64,000 nt of DNA. Source: Desulfurivibrio sp. (GTDB taxonomy: Bacteria; Desulfobacterota; Desulfobulbia; Desulfobulbales; SURF-16). Numbering within the stretch: position 1 is the first letter of the stretch; each line of letters starts with the position of its first letter. Positions 18,414 through 28,179 of this stretch are shown here, one piece after another. The notes beneath the pieces were generated by a model, which was not told the DNA's origin, made no database searches, and worked only from the letters and a program-made list of their open reading frames with translations. Both the position numbers and the translations under genes were made by a program. The stretch spans positions 15,191-79,190 of the forward strand of contig QZKJ01000014.1 of the NCBI GenBank assembly GCA_003605035.1, in the 5' to 3' direction.

Positions 18414-20861
18414 CTATGTCTCTTCCAGTCCTTTCATGATCTTTTCCAGCTCGACGCCGTCGACGATCTCCTGGCGGATGAGGATGGAGGCCAGCTGCTC
18501 CACCTTTTCCCAGTGTTTTTCGATCAGGGCCTCGGCCTTGAGCCTCGCCTCTTTCATCCAGTGGCTGACCCGCTCCTCAACCTTGGCCAGATAGATGTGT
18601 TTGCTGACATTCTGGGACAGGGTATCGGTGTGCACATAGCCGATCTCCTCATCCATGCCCAGACTGGCAACCGCGGCATAGGCCTGGTGGGTGGCCACCT
18701 CCAGATCGTTGGCCGCGCCGGTGTCAATGCCCCGGCTGCCGAACTTCCTGATGCTGGCCGTACGCCCGCCGAGCATCACGCAGATGTTGTCAAACACCTC
18801 ATCCCTGGAGATGTTGCCGGGAAAATCCTCCATGCTGTAGGAGATGAAGCCCATGGATTTCAGCCGGGGGGCGATGGTCACCTGTTCGATCTTGATATCC
18901 GGCAGCAGCAGATGGGACAACGCCGCGTGGCCCGCCTCATGGTAGGCGGTGATTTTCAGATCCTGCTCAAGATTTCTGATGCGCTTCTTCTCCAGCTTGA
19001 ATCCATACTTGATGATGTTGATCTCCTCGATGAGGATATCCTCGGTGATGCAGTCCAGATCATGGCGGATGGCATAGAGGGAGGCCTCCTTGCCGATGCG
19101 CTGCAGATCGTAGCCGCTCATGCCGGAGATATAGCGGATCACCCGCTCCACGTTGATTTTGCCGTCATTGGGCTTCTCCAGAATCTTTTCGATGAAGAAA
19201 CGCCGGGCGTCCCGGTCCAGCTCAGGCACCTCGACAAACATGTCGATCCGGTTGGGGGCGATGATGCGGGGACTGACATCGGCCCTGTTCTGGGCGGTGG
19301 CGATGGTGAAGACGGAATCCTCGGGATCGCCGGACAAAACGTCAAGTTCCAGAATCAGCTGGTCATCCGGCATGGAGGCATAAACCCCCTCGATCAGCCC
19401 CTTGACGTCAATGCCGTCCAGGAAAACGATGCTCGGGGCAAACTCCCTGGCCTTGAGATAGGCGTTCCTGAGGTAGCCCGGATCAAACAGGTCGCTGCGC
19501 GACACATAGACATACGGCCTCTCCGTCTCCCGGGCAAAGGCCTTGGCCAGCATGGTCTTGCCCACCCCGGGCGGCCCATACAGCAGCATGCCCTTGGGCA
19601 TGTCGATGCCGAATTTCTTCAGCAGTTCCGGCTCCTTGAGAATTTTGATAATCTGCTTGAGGTTCTTCTTGGTGCTCTTGTTGCCGGCGATATCCTTGAA
19701 ACCCAGAGTGGAAAATTCCACGCCGGGCAGCAGTTCGCGGAAGAATTCACTGGCCGGCGGCAGCCTTTTGAGTTCCGCCTTCTGGATGGTGCAGGTCAGC
19801 TTCTGGCCGCGCAGGGTCTCCTTCCAGGTGAGATCCACTGTTTCATTCTTCTTGTACAGCCGGGAAAGCAGCGTCTCCTTCTCCTGGCAGGTTTTCTCCA
19901 GAAAGGCCTCGGCCTGCCTGGAGAGCCGGCAGGCGATCTGCCGGGGATATTTGCCCTGGTCCCGGACAAATCCGGTGATCCTGCCGAGAAAGAGATCGGG
20001 CAGCTTCTGCTTGACCCGGTTGACGTTGATGTCAGGAGAAAAGGAGAGGGTCAGCAGGGTGGCGATCCGCTCAAAATCATGATATTCGACCTTCATGCCG
20101 CTGACGTCGGCAAACTGCCGGGAATGATCGCTCAACGATTCACCGCCGATGCGCACCAGGGTATCCAGGCTGAGCGAATTGAACAGGATAATGAAATGGC
20201 GCGCCATGGCGGCCAGCAGCTTGGGGGCAATGGCGCTCTGCACCGTATCAAAAACCGCCTTTCTTTCCTTGGCAAGGGCGTCCATGACCAGGGCCTGGGC
20301 GCGCAGCTTGTTTTCCTTGAATGCCTCCTGATACTTTCTGTCCTTGAAAAAACTGCAGCCCAGGCTGGAGGTGAAAATGACGATGACCCCGCTGCAGTTG
20401 ATGCCGCTCTCCTCCTCGCCCCGGGTCAGCAGATTGAACAGGGCCAGCTGCAGCTGATTGTCCGCTTTTTCAATGGCGTCAAAGAGAATGATCGACTGCG
20501 GGTTCTCCCTGATGAAACCGGTCAGCTCACCCTCCTGGAAACCGTCGGCGGTCAGCCGCTGGCCAAGCAGCTGGGCGCCGCTTTCCGGATCCGTATACTG
20601 TTCCATGTCAAAGTGCCTGAAAGCCGCGTATTCCTCCAGATGGGAGGTCAGGGCCCGGGCCAGACTCTTCCTGCCCACCGCGGGAGGTCCCAGGAAGGTG
20701 AAGATCGCCTTGGGCTGGGTGGCCGCAGGCCGGTAGGCCATATGAATGAAGGCGTCCACCACCTCGTCAATGGCCTTGTCCTGATCAAGGATAATCTGCT
20801 TCAGACTGTCCCGCAGCCTGTCGAACCTGACAAAGATGTTCTGATCAGTTTCCTGTGCCAT
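18414..20861 (-). CDS. Soluble ClpB-D2-like AAA, FtsH-like AAA and peptidase M41 fusion protein
   Basis: N-terminal ClpB-like module (FTFLGPPAVGRK, FDMEQY, ILFDAIEKA), second AAA (GMLLYGPPGVGKT), HEAGH Zn motif and GAANDLEVAT. No TM helix. Confidence 0.88.
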   Translation of the reverse strand: MAQETDQNIFVRFDRLRDSLKQIILDQDKAIDEVVDAFIHMAYRPAATQPKAIFTFLGPPAVGRKSLARALTSHLEEYAAFRHFDMEQYTDPESGAQLLGQRLTADGFQEGELTGFIRENPQSIILFDAIEKADNQLQLALFNLLTRGEEESGINCSGVIVIFTSSLGCSFFKDRKYQEAFKENKLRAQALVMDALAKERKAVFDTVQSAIAPKLLAAMARHFIILFNSLSLDTLVRIGGESLSDHSRQFADVSGMKVEYHDFERIATLLTLSFSPDINVNRVKQKLPDLFLGRITGFVRDQGKYPRQIACRLSRQAEAFLEKTCQEKETLLSRLYKKNETVDLTWKETLRGQKLTCTIQKAELKRLPPASEFFRELLPGVEFSTLGFKDIAGNKSTKKNLKQIIKILKEPELLKKFGIDMPKGMLLYGPPGVGKTMLAKAFARETERPYVYVSRSDLFDPGYLRNAYLKAREFAPSIVFLDGIDVKGLIEGVYASMPDDQLILELDVLSGDPEDSVFTIATAQNRADVSPRIIAPNRIDMFVEVPELDRDARRFFIEKILEKPNDGKINVERVIRYISGMSGYDLQRIGKEASLYAIRHDLDCITEDILIEEINIIKYGFKLEKKRIRNLEQDLKITAYHEAGHAALSHLLLPDIKIEQVTIAPRLKSMGFISYSMEDFPGNISRDEVFDNICVMLGGRTASIRKFGSRGIDTGAANDLEVATHQAYAAVASLGMDEEIGYVHTDTLSQNVSKHIYLAKVEERVSHWMKEARLKAEALIEKHWEKVEQLASILIRQEIVDGVELEKIMKGLEET

Positions 20862-20944
20862 GCCGGCTCCTGTTATTTCCGAGAGAAAAGATTGCTGTCG
20901 GAGTACGTTTCATATCGGTAGGTTCATTGAGGTATTTTTTTTGT

Positions 20945-20989
20945 GTACGGGGAGCGGTTCGCGAACCGCCCGTACCAAACCGCCCTTAC
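20945..20989. repeat. REP-like palindrome
   Basis: GTACGGGGAGCGGTTCGCGAACCGCCCGTAC imperfect palindrome followed by a partial copy AAACCGCCCTTAC. Confidence 0.65.
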
Positions 20990-21027
20990 GCATACCAGCC
21001 CCTCGGGAGGCTACCTTTCCTCTGCCA

Positions 21028-22134
21028 TCAGACAATAAGTTCGTAATAGGCCTTCTCGGAAATCGCGCCCCAGCCGCGGATCTCATTTTTAAACTTTTTA
21101 AAGGCCGTATGAACCAGCTGCGAGGTTTTATCTTTGGCAGCCTCCTCTTCCAGGGTCTCGTCCGCCAGCTTCTTCAAGGTGCCGAGCAGGGAATCCGGGA
21201 AACGGCGCACCTGCACCCGGTGTTTTTCCACCAGCTCCTCCAGCGCGGCCCCGTTGCCCGCCTCAAATTCGCTTAATGTCCGCATATTGCATTCCATGGC
21301 CGCGCAGTCGATCAGCACCTGCAGATCCCCGGGCAGGGAGAGATAAGCCTTTTTATTGATGAGCAGTTCCAGGCAGCTGCCCGGTTCATGCCAGCCAGGG
21401 TAATAGTAATAGGGAGCAGCCTTGTGGAAGCCCATGCGCAGGTCATGCAGCGGCCCCACCCATTCGGTGGCGTCGATCACCCCCCGCTCAAGACTGGTGA
21501 AGATCTCGGCCGCCGGCAGCAGCACCACGGTGCCGCCGGCCCTGGCCACCACCTTGCCGCCCAGCCCGGGGATGCGCATTTTCAGCCCCTGGAAATCGGC
21601 CACCGAATTGATTTCCTTGCGGAACCAGCCGCCCATCTGCATGCCGGTATTGCCGAAGGGTCGCGGCACCAGGTTAAAGGGGTCATAGATCTGCTCCCAC
21701 AGCTTGAGGCCGCCGCTTTCCAGCCAGCTGTTCATGCCCTGGGCGTTGAGTCCGAAGGGAACCGAGGTGAACCACTGGGCCGCCGGCACCTTGCCCGCCC
21801 AGTAATAGGAGGCGCCGCTGCCAAGCTGCACCGTGCCGCCGGCCACCGCGTCGAACACCCCCATGGGCGGCACCAGTTCGCCGCCGGCATAGACCTGGAT
21901 CTGCAGCCGGCCCCCGCTCATCTCCCTGACCCGCTCGGCAAAGCGCTGGGCTCCTGTCTGGAGCACCGACATGCTGGGCGGCCAGGTGGTCACCATGTTC
22001 CACGCAAACCTTTCACCCCCGGCCCACACTGCCGGCGCCCGCAGGCTTGCCGCCCCGGCGGCGCACAGGGCCGCCGTCCCGGTTCTTTTCAAAAAATCCC
22101 GTCGTTCCATACTGATCTCTGCTCCGTTCCCCAA
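21028..22134 (-). CDS. dctP: TRAP transporter substrate-binding protein with Tat signal
   Basis: RRDFLK Tat motif (probable start MERRDFLK), plus GLKMRIPGLGG and SLERGVIDATEWVGP. Confidence 0.93.
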   Translation of the reverse strand: MGNGAEISMERRDFLKRTGTAALCAAGAASLRAPAVWAGGERFAWNMVTTWPPSMSVLQTGAQRFAERVREMSGGRLQIQVYAGGELVPPMGVFDAVAGGTVQLGSGASYYWAGKVPAAQWFTSVPFGLNAQGMNSWLESGGLKLWEQIYDPFNLVPRPFGNTGMQMGGWFRKEINSVADFQGLKMRIPGLGGKVVARAGGTVVLLPAAEIFTSLERGVIDATEWVGPLHDLRMGFHKAAPYYYYPGWHEPGSCLELLINKKAYLSLPGDLQVLIDCAAMECNMRTLSEFEAGNGAALEELVEKHRVQVRRFPDSLLGTLKKLADETLEEEAAKDKTSQLVHTAFKKFKNEIRGWGAISEKAYYELIV

Positions 22135-22248
22135 TATTTCCTGATTTCTCCAGCTGCGCGAAAATGCGTCCCTCCTGGTTCAGCCGCACCAGACTGATGT
22201 CATCTGCCTGCCGAAAATCCTCGGCCCCGCAACCCCGGTGCCGCCCCC

Positions 22249-22294
22249 AAAAAAAAAGCCCGACTTTCCGCCAATGCCGGGCGGGAAGTCAGGC
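22249..22294 (-). terminator. Rho-independent terminator after the PilZ gene
   Basis: Minus strand GCCTGACTTCCCGCC...GGCGGAAAGTCGGGC followed by T9. Confidence 0.75.
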
Positions 22295-22322
22295 CGGATG
22301 CTGCCGATTTGACCAGGAACAA

Positions 22323-22634
22323 TCACAAAGAACTGACAAACCTTAATCCGGCGCGAAAGCCGTTATCATCCTTGCACGACCACATGACCACGGCCTTGTT
22401 GGGAATCTTATTCTTGAAGTTTGTCGCGATGCTTACCAGTTGTCCGAGGGCAAGTTCATGATTGCTGAAGACAGCCATGCCGGTCTCGCTGATGTTTAAC
22501 AGGGTAGCCTCCACGGTTTCCATTTTCACATTACGGATGGTCAGCGACATCGGCGCATTTTCGGCGAATTTTTCCGCAGAAATCCGCCGGGCCAGCCGGC
22601 CGTCCGACATATTATCGTTTAAATTACTCGTCAT
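22323..22634 (-). CDS. Stand-alone PilZ-domain protein
   Basis: RLARR (RxxxR) and NISETG (D/NxSxxG) motifs, ending VVMW...FRAGLRF. Confidence 0.8.
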   Translation of the reverse strand: MTSNLNDNMSDGRLARRISAEKFAENAPMSLTIRNVKMETVEATLLNISETGMAVFSNHELALGQLVSIATNFKNKIPNKAVVMWSCKDDNGFRAGLRFVSSL

Positions 22635-22990
22635 TTCCCCCCCTCACCAATGGATTGAGGCTTCGCCAAAAATCCTGCCGACAGCTTCGTGTCGATAAAA
22701 CATGGAGTTATCATCACTGTGCGGTGGTCGAGCAGCTTTCAGCGAGACCGTCAATAATTTCTTTTCACCCCTCTTTTCTCAATGCCAGCACACTTTACCA
22801 GACAGATCCCCTGTCATTTCGCCCTGCGGCAGGCCGCCGGACAGGACGTTCCATGTTCCAATCAATTCCCGCAGCCGCAAGCCGCCTCTTCGGCAACGGA
22901 CCGCAATGTGTATCAACTACACCATAGATGTCTGCTTTTCAAGTGAATTATCGTGCAAATTTAACATGATGTGAGGAAAGCCCCGCACCG

Positions 22991-24292
22991 CTACAGCAGG
23001 CAGTCAACCAGCCCGGGGCAGAAAAAAACCAGCAGCAGACCGGCAAGCTGCAGCAGAACAAAGGGGATGATCCCCCGGTAAATATGGGCGGTGGTCACCC
23101 CGGGCGGCGCGACGGCCCGCAGATAAAAAAGGGAAAAGCCGAAAGGCGGGGTGAGAAAGGAGGTCTGCAGATTGACCGCGATCAGGATGCAGAGCCAGAG
23201 GGGATCAATGCCCAGGTCAACCATCACCGGGGCCAGCACCGGCACGTGGATAAAGGTGATCTCGATGAAATCGAGAAAGAAACCGATGACAAAAATAAAC
23301 AGCATGACAATCGCCAGCACGGACCACGGGCCGAGCCCCGCGGACAGGCTGCCCAGTGCGTGGCGCACCAGCCCGTCGCCGCCGGTGCCCCGGAAAACCA
23401 GGCCGAAGGCGGCAGCGCCCACCAGGACGATAAAGACCATGGAGGTGAGCTGCATGGTTGACCGTGCCACCTCGTCCACCATCTTCAGGGAAAAGCCGCC
23501 ATGGGCCAGGGCCAGAGCGCTCGCCCCCACGGCGCCGACCGCCGCCGCCTCGGTGGGCGAGGCAATGCCGGCGAAAATGGAGCCCAGCACCGCCACCATC
23601 AGGAAAAGCGGCGGGAAAAGTGCCCTGGCCACCCTGCCCCAGCTCATGCCCTGCCCGTCACCCCAGGCAACGGTCGGCGCGCTGGCCGGGTGCAGCTGGG
23701 CGTAAATGAGGATATAGACGATATAGAGGACAACCAGCACAAGACCAGGCATGACCGCGCCGAGAAAGAGATCGCCCACCGGCACGCCGACAATATCACC
23801 GATCAGAATAAGGACAATGCTGGGCGGGATGATCTGGCCCAGAGTGCCGGAAGCGGCCACCGTGCCGCAGGCCAGCTCCGTTTTGTAACCGCGCCTCAGC
23901 ATGGTGGGCACGGCCAGCAGCCCCATGGTCACCACGGTGGCCCCGACAATGCCGGTGGAGGCGCCGAGCAGGGCGCCGACAATGACCACGGACACGGCCA
24001 GACCGCCCTTGATGCGGCCAAACAGCATGCCCATGGTGTCGAGCAGTTCCTCCGCCAGGCCGGAGCGTTCCAGCATGACGCCCATGAAGACAAACAGGGG
24101 AACGGCCAGCAGGGTGCCGTTGGTCATGATGCCCCAGATGCGCAGGGGCAGCAGGTTGAAAAACCCCCAGCCGAAGCCGATGAGACCGAAACACAGCGAG
24201 GTGCCGAGCAGGGTGAAGGCCACCGGGAAGCCGGCCATGAGCAGCACGGTCAGCACCAGAAACATCCATATGGGCAGCAGCTCGGCAAACAT
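22991..24292 (-). CDS. dctM: TRAP transporter large permease
   Basis: Highly hydrophobic. Motifs GFPVAFTL, SGTLGQIIPPS, ASPTEAAAVG and LTPPFG. Confidence 0.95.
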   Translation of the reverse strand: MFAELLPIWMFLVLTVLLMAGFPVAFTLLGTSLCFGLIGFGWGFFNLLPLRIWGIMTNGTLLAVPLFVFMGVMLERSGLAEELLDTMGMLFGRIKGGLAVSVVIVGALLGASTGIVGATVVTMGLLAVPTMLRRGYKTELACGTVAASGTLGQIIPPSIVLILIGDIVGVPVGDLFLGAVMPGLVLVVLYIVYILIYAQLHPASAPTVAWGDGQGMSWGRVARALFPPLFLMVAVLGSIFAGIASPTEAAAVGAVGASALALAHGGFSLKMVDEVARSTMQLTSMVFIVLVGAAAFGLVFRGTGGDGLVRHALGSLSAGLGPWSVLAIVMLFIFVIGFFLDFIEITFIHVPVLAPVMVDLGIDPLWLCILIAVNLQTSFLTPPFGFSLFYLRAVAPPGVTTAHIYRGIIPFVLLQLAGLLLVFFCPGLVDCLL

Positions 24293-24325
24293 CAGCCCAC
24301 CGGCTCCCGCTGCCTGAAAAGGCCT

Positions 24326-24916
24326 TTATTTCTCAAGTTTTCCTCCGGCGATGGTCAGCACGCTCCGGATGCCCATGGCCACCCCCTGCAGGGCGATCAG
24401 CAGAAAACCCAGGGGGATCATCGATTTCAGCAGGAAACGCCAGGGAATGCCGCCCGGATCAGGTGAGCCCTCCATCATCTGCAGGGAGGAGTTGGTAAAG
24501 GGCATGGCCGTGCTGATAACCAGATAGCAGCCGGGCAGCAGAAACAGCAGCACCCCGGCCAGGTTCAGCCAGGCCCTGCCCCTGGGGCTCAAGCGCTGAT
24601 AGAAGATATCCACCCGCACATGGCCGTCCTTGAGCAGGGTATAGCCGCCGCCCAGCAGGAAGATCATGGCAAAGAGATGCCACTCCAGCTCCTGCATGAA
24701 GACAAAACTGCTGTGCAGCAGATAGCGCATCAGCACGTTGATGAAAACCACCAGCACCACCAGCACGGTCAGCCAGGCAACCCCCCGGCCCAGCCAGAAA
24801 TTGACAGCGTCAATGGCCCGGCAGAGCAGCCGCAGGTATTGAAAAAGCAACCTCTCCCCCATTTTCCCTCTCTTTCCGCAATTTGTTCGCCTGCTGCATG
24901 CCCATCTGTATACCAT
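24326..24916 (-). CDS. dctQ: TRAP transporter small permease
   Basis: Four TM segments with QELEWHLF and GHVRVDIFY. The true start is probably later (MGERLLF). Confidence 0.92.
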   Translation of the reverse strand: MVYRWACSRRTNCGKRGKMGERLLFQYLRLLCRAIDAVNFWLGRGVAWLTVLVVLVVFINVLMRYLLHSSFVFMQELEWHLFAMIFLLGGGYTLLKDGHVRVDIFYQRLSPRGRAWLNLAGVLLFLLPGCYLVISTAMPFTNSSLQMMEGSPDPGGIPWRFLLKSMIPLGFLLIALQGVAMGIRSVLTIAGGKLEK

Positions 24917-24969
24917 GCGCGGAACTTTTTCAAGGGGCGCAACAATGACAAATCAGCGGCGGCGGAAAA

Positions 24970-25309
24970 TCATTTCGTGAGGACCCCCTTCAGCCCCCCG
25001 CTGATCAGCGTGGTGAGATTGGCGACAATGACCGGCAGATGCAGGCTGGCCGGGAACACCAGGTATCTGGGCTCCCACACCGGAGCGAATTTGTCCTTGT
25101 AGGCCCGCAGCCCCCGGAAATTAGGCATTGCGGATCTCGGCTGCCTGATAGTGCTGCACCATGCGGTGCAGAATCATGATGGCCAGCAGAAAAAGAGTCA
25201 ACGCCAGCAACGGGGCGATGATCGTGCTGATTTTCCGCCCACGGCTGGCGGAAATACGCTGCTCCTTATCTGCTGCCACGCTGAATCCGCCTGCTGACTT
25301 GCGCCACAT
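24970..25309 (-). pseudogene. mprF: mprF (lysyl-phosphatidylglycerol flippase/synthase) remnant with a large internal deletion
   Basis: N-terminal TM fragment (ISTIIAPLLALTLFLLAIMILHRMVQHY) is joined out of frame at ~25123 to an MprF-like C-terminus NFRGLRAYKDKFAPVWEPRYLVFPASLHLPVIVANLTTLISGGLKGVLTK*. Confidence 0.8.
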
Positions 25310-25516
25310 TTTCTCTCCTGTCCTGCGACAGTAACGCCTTCATTTTCAAGAAGAAAAACGCATTTAATTATTTCCTGCCGTCATTTCTGTGATATACTTA
25401 ACCAATGAACCTGTCAAGTTAGGCATTGGAGAAATAAAGGGGCGGGCAGACAGCGCGACGTACGCTGATTCCCGTCAAATCTGCGACCATCATCACCTGA
25501 TCTCGATTTTAGCGGC

Positions 25517-27313
25517 TTGATAAAAATGGAACAAAGCTGTTGCCATGCAGACCAGCAGGGCTGGCAGAGTCACTTTCTTCCCTTCCTGAGGTGGTGGCCC
25601 AGAGTCACTGCCAGGACCATGCGCGCCGATCTGCTCGCCGGCCTCACCGGCGCCATCGTGGCCCTGCCCCAGGGGGTGGCCTTTGCCACCATCGCCGGCA
25701 TGCCCCCTGAATACGGCCTGTACGCCGGCATGGTGCCGGCCATTGTCGCCGCCCTGTTCGGCTCATCCTGGCTGCTGGTTTCCGGCCCGACCACCGCGGC
25801 CTCCATCGTCCTCTTTTCCTCACTCAGCATCCATGCGGCGCCGGGCAGCCCGGAGTACGTGCAGCTCGCCCTGACGCTGACCATGATGGTGGGGCTGATC
25901 CAGTTCATCATGGGCCTGGCCCGTTTCGGCACCCTGGTCAACTTCATCTCCCATTCCGTGGTGGTGGGCTTCACCGCCGGGGCGGCCATCCTCATCGCCT
26001 CCAGCCAGTTCAAACATTTCCTGGGGCTCATCCTGCCCCGTACCAGGCATTTTCATGAGACGGTCTACGGGGTGCTCAGCCACTGGGACGAAATCAACCT
26101 CTATGTCGCCGGGGTGGGCCTGATCACCCTGGTTTCCGGCTTGCTGGTCAGACATTTCCGGCCGAAATTCCCCTACATGATCGTCTCCATGCTGGTGGGC
26201 AGCCTGGCCGCCCTGCTCATGACCAGCCTGCTGGGGCCTGAAGTGACGCAGATCGCCTCAGTGGGCGCCCTGCCGCAAACCCTGCCGCCGCTGTCCGCCC
26301 CCCACTTCACCCTGGCCAATATCAGGATGCTGATGCCGGCCGCGGTGGCCACCACCCTCTTTGCCCTGACCGAGGCCGTCTCCATCGCCCGCTCCCTGGC
26401 CGACCGCACCGGCCAGAACCTGGACTGCAACCAGGAGTTCATCGGCCAGGGCCTGTCAAATATCGTCGGCAGCTTTTTTTCGGGCTATGTGGCCACCGGC
26501 TCATTCAACCGCAGCGGCCTGAACTACCAGGCCGGGGCCAGGACCCCGCTGGCCGCCATCTTTGCCGGAGGCCTGCTCATCGTGCTGGTCATGCTGATCG
26601 CCCCTCTGGCCGCTTTTCTTCCCAACGCGGCCATGGCCGGCATCCTCTTTCTGGTGGCCTGGGGGCTCATTGATTTCCGCCATATCGCCAAGATCCTCAG
26701 GACCAGCCGGGTGGAAAGCGTCATCATGGTCACCACCTTTTTCGCCACCCTGTTTCTCGAGCTGGAGTTCGCCATCCTGCTGGGGGTGATCCTGTCGCTG
26801 GTCATGTACCTCAACCGCACCTCCCACCCCCGCATCCTCACCCGGGTGCCGGACCCCCGCCATGATGAACGGCCCTTCGTCACCGACCCGGCGCTGCCGG
26901 AGTGTCCGCAGCTGAAAATCGTGCGCATCGACGGCTCCCTCTATTTCGGGGCGGTGAATCATGTGCGGGAACGGCTGCAGGAGATGCGGTGCGAGCAGCC
27001 GGAACAGAAACATCTGCTGGTGGTGGCAAGCGGCATCAATTTCATCGACATGGCCGGCGCGGAATTCCTGGCCCAGCTGGCCAGGGAGAAAGAGGAGGCA
27101 GGGGGCCGGCTCTACCTGTACGACATCAAGGAGGGCATCTGCAGCCATTTCAGGCTGACCGGCTACCTGTTTGACATCGGCACGGATTATATTTACGAAT
27201 CCAAGGCAGAGGCCATTGCCGAGATTTTCGCCAAACTGGACAAAGAGATCTGCGGCCGCTGCACCAGACGGATCTTTCTGGAATGCCGCACTGTCCCGCA
27301 AATCCGTGACTAG
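25517..27313 (+). CDS. SulP family anion permease with STAS domain
   Basis: DLLAGLTGAIVALPQG, GPT, NQEFIGQG and GSFNRS motifs. STAS segment RIDGSLYFG...INFIDMAG. Confidence 0.95.
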   Translation: MIKMEQSCCHADQQGWQSHFLPFLRWWPRVTARTMRADLLAGLTGAIVALPQGVAFATIAGMPPEYGLYAGMVPAIVAALFGSSWLLVSGPTTAASIVLFSSLSIHAAPGSPEYVQLALTLTMMVGLIQFIMGLARFGTLVNFISHSVVVGFTAGAAILIASSQFKHFLGLILPRTRHFHETVYGVLSHWDEINLYVAGVGLITLVSGLLVRHFRPKFPYMIVSMLVGSLAALLMTSLLGPEVTQIASVGALPQTLPPLSAPHFTLANIRMLMPAAVATTLFALTEAVSIARSLADRTGQNLDCNQEFIGQGLSNIVGSFFSGYVATGSFNRSGLNYQAGARTPLAAIFAGGLLIVLVMLIAPLAAFLPNAAMAGILFLVAWGLIDFRHIAKILRTSRVESVIMVTTFFATLFLELEFAILLGVILSLVMYLNRTSHPRILTRVPDPRHDERPFVTDPALPECPQLKIVRIDGSLYFGAVNHVRERLQEMRCEQPEQKHLLVVASGINFIDMAGAEFLAQLAREKEEAGGRLYLYDIKEGICSHFRLTGYLFDIGTDYIYESKAEAIAEIFAKLDKEICGRCTRRIFLECRTVPQIRD

Positions 27314-27328
27314 ACGCGGCCCGGCCCA

Positions 27329-28057
27329 TCAGCCCACCGGCGCAAGATAGATCACACTCTCCTCCTCGCCGTCCAGCCCCAGCAGGTTATTGAGTTCATC
27401 GTCATAGAGCGCCGCCACCGGACAGCTATGCCGCCCCTGGGCCGCGGCAGCCAGCTGCAGATTCTGACAGATATGGCCGGCATCGAGAAGGATGTAACGC
27501 AGGCCCCGCTGGCCGTATTTGGCCATATTGCGCCGCAGAACCGCCGACCAGATAAAAACCGCGGCCGCCTGGCTGATAAAGGACTGATCCAGGGCCGCCC
27601 TGGCCACCAGCGGTGCGGCGGCCCCCTCGCTGAGGCGTTCCAGCTGGAAGGTTCTGACGTTGAAATGAAAGAGCCCGGCCGGCAGATTCTGGATGCGCTC
27701 AGCCGCCACATAGGTTTCAATGGGATAGAGGGCGCCGGCCGAAGGCGCGGTGCGCAGCAGGTAGGGCCCGGCCTGGGCGGTTACCCCCTGGCAGGCCCAC
27801 AGCAGCAGCGCCAGATCATCGAGGCTCATGGGATTATCCGCGAATTTGCGCTGCGATCTTCGCTGCTGCAGCAGCCCCCAGAGCTCAGCCGCCGGCCTGG
27901 CCGGGTTTACCGGCAGAGCAATCTTTTCCGCCCCGGCATATTCCTTGAAAGCCGGGGCCGGGGCGATGGCCAGTCCTGCTTTCTCCCTGATATTTTTTCT
28001 GGTAAACTTGGTGTCATGCAGATAAAGATATCCTGATGTTTGGCGTAAATCCGGCAT
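27329..28057 (-). CDS. SagB/ThcOx-family nitroreductase-like FMN oxidoreductase
   Basis: RRSQRKF, RTAPSAGALYPIE and LDAGHICQNL. Confidence 0.92.
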   Translation of the reverse strand: MPDLRQTSGYLYLHDTKFTRKNIREKAGLAIAPAPAFKEYAGAEKIALPVNPARPAAELWGLLQQRRSQRKFADNPMSLDDLALLLWACQGVTAQAGPYLLRTAPSAGALYPIETYVAAERIQNLPAGLFHFNVRTFQLERLSEGAAAPLVARAALDQSFISQAAAVFIWSAVLRRNMAKYGQRGLRYILLDAGHICQNLQLAAAAQGRHSCPVAALYDDELNNLLGLDGEEESVIYLAPVG

Positions 28058-28179
28058 GGCTGTTTTCCTTATTTATTATGACCGGGGCGGGCGGGAAAAT
28101 CTTCCTGTACGCCATTGTACCACGATCCGCTCCGCCCCAAAAGACTGAGACTCCCAAAACAGGAGGGGTTTACCTTAAG

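Noticed and set aside
18288-20921. 877-aa plus-strand ORF
   Set aside because: Antisense shadow of the AAA-M41 gene, with no motifs. Typical of GC-rich codon bias.
27329-28057. SagB-like gene as part of a thiazole/oxazole RiPP cluster
   Set aside because: No YcaO, precursor peptide or dedicated exporter nearby. Stand-alone members are common in anaerobes.
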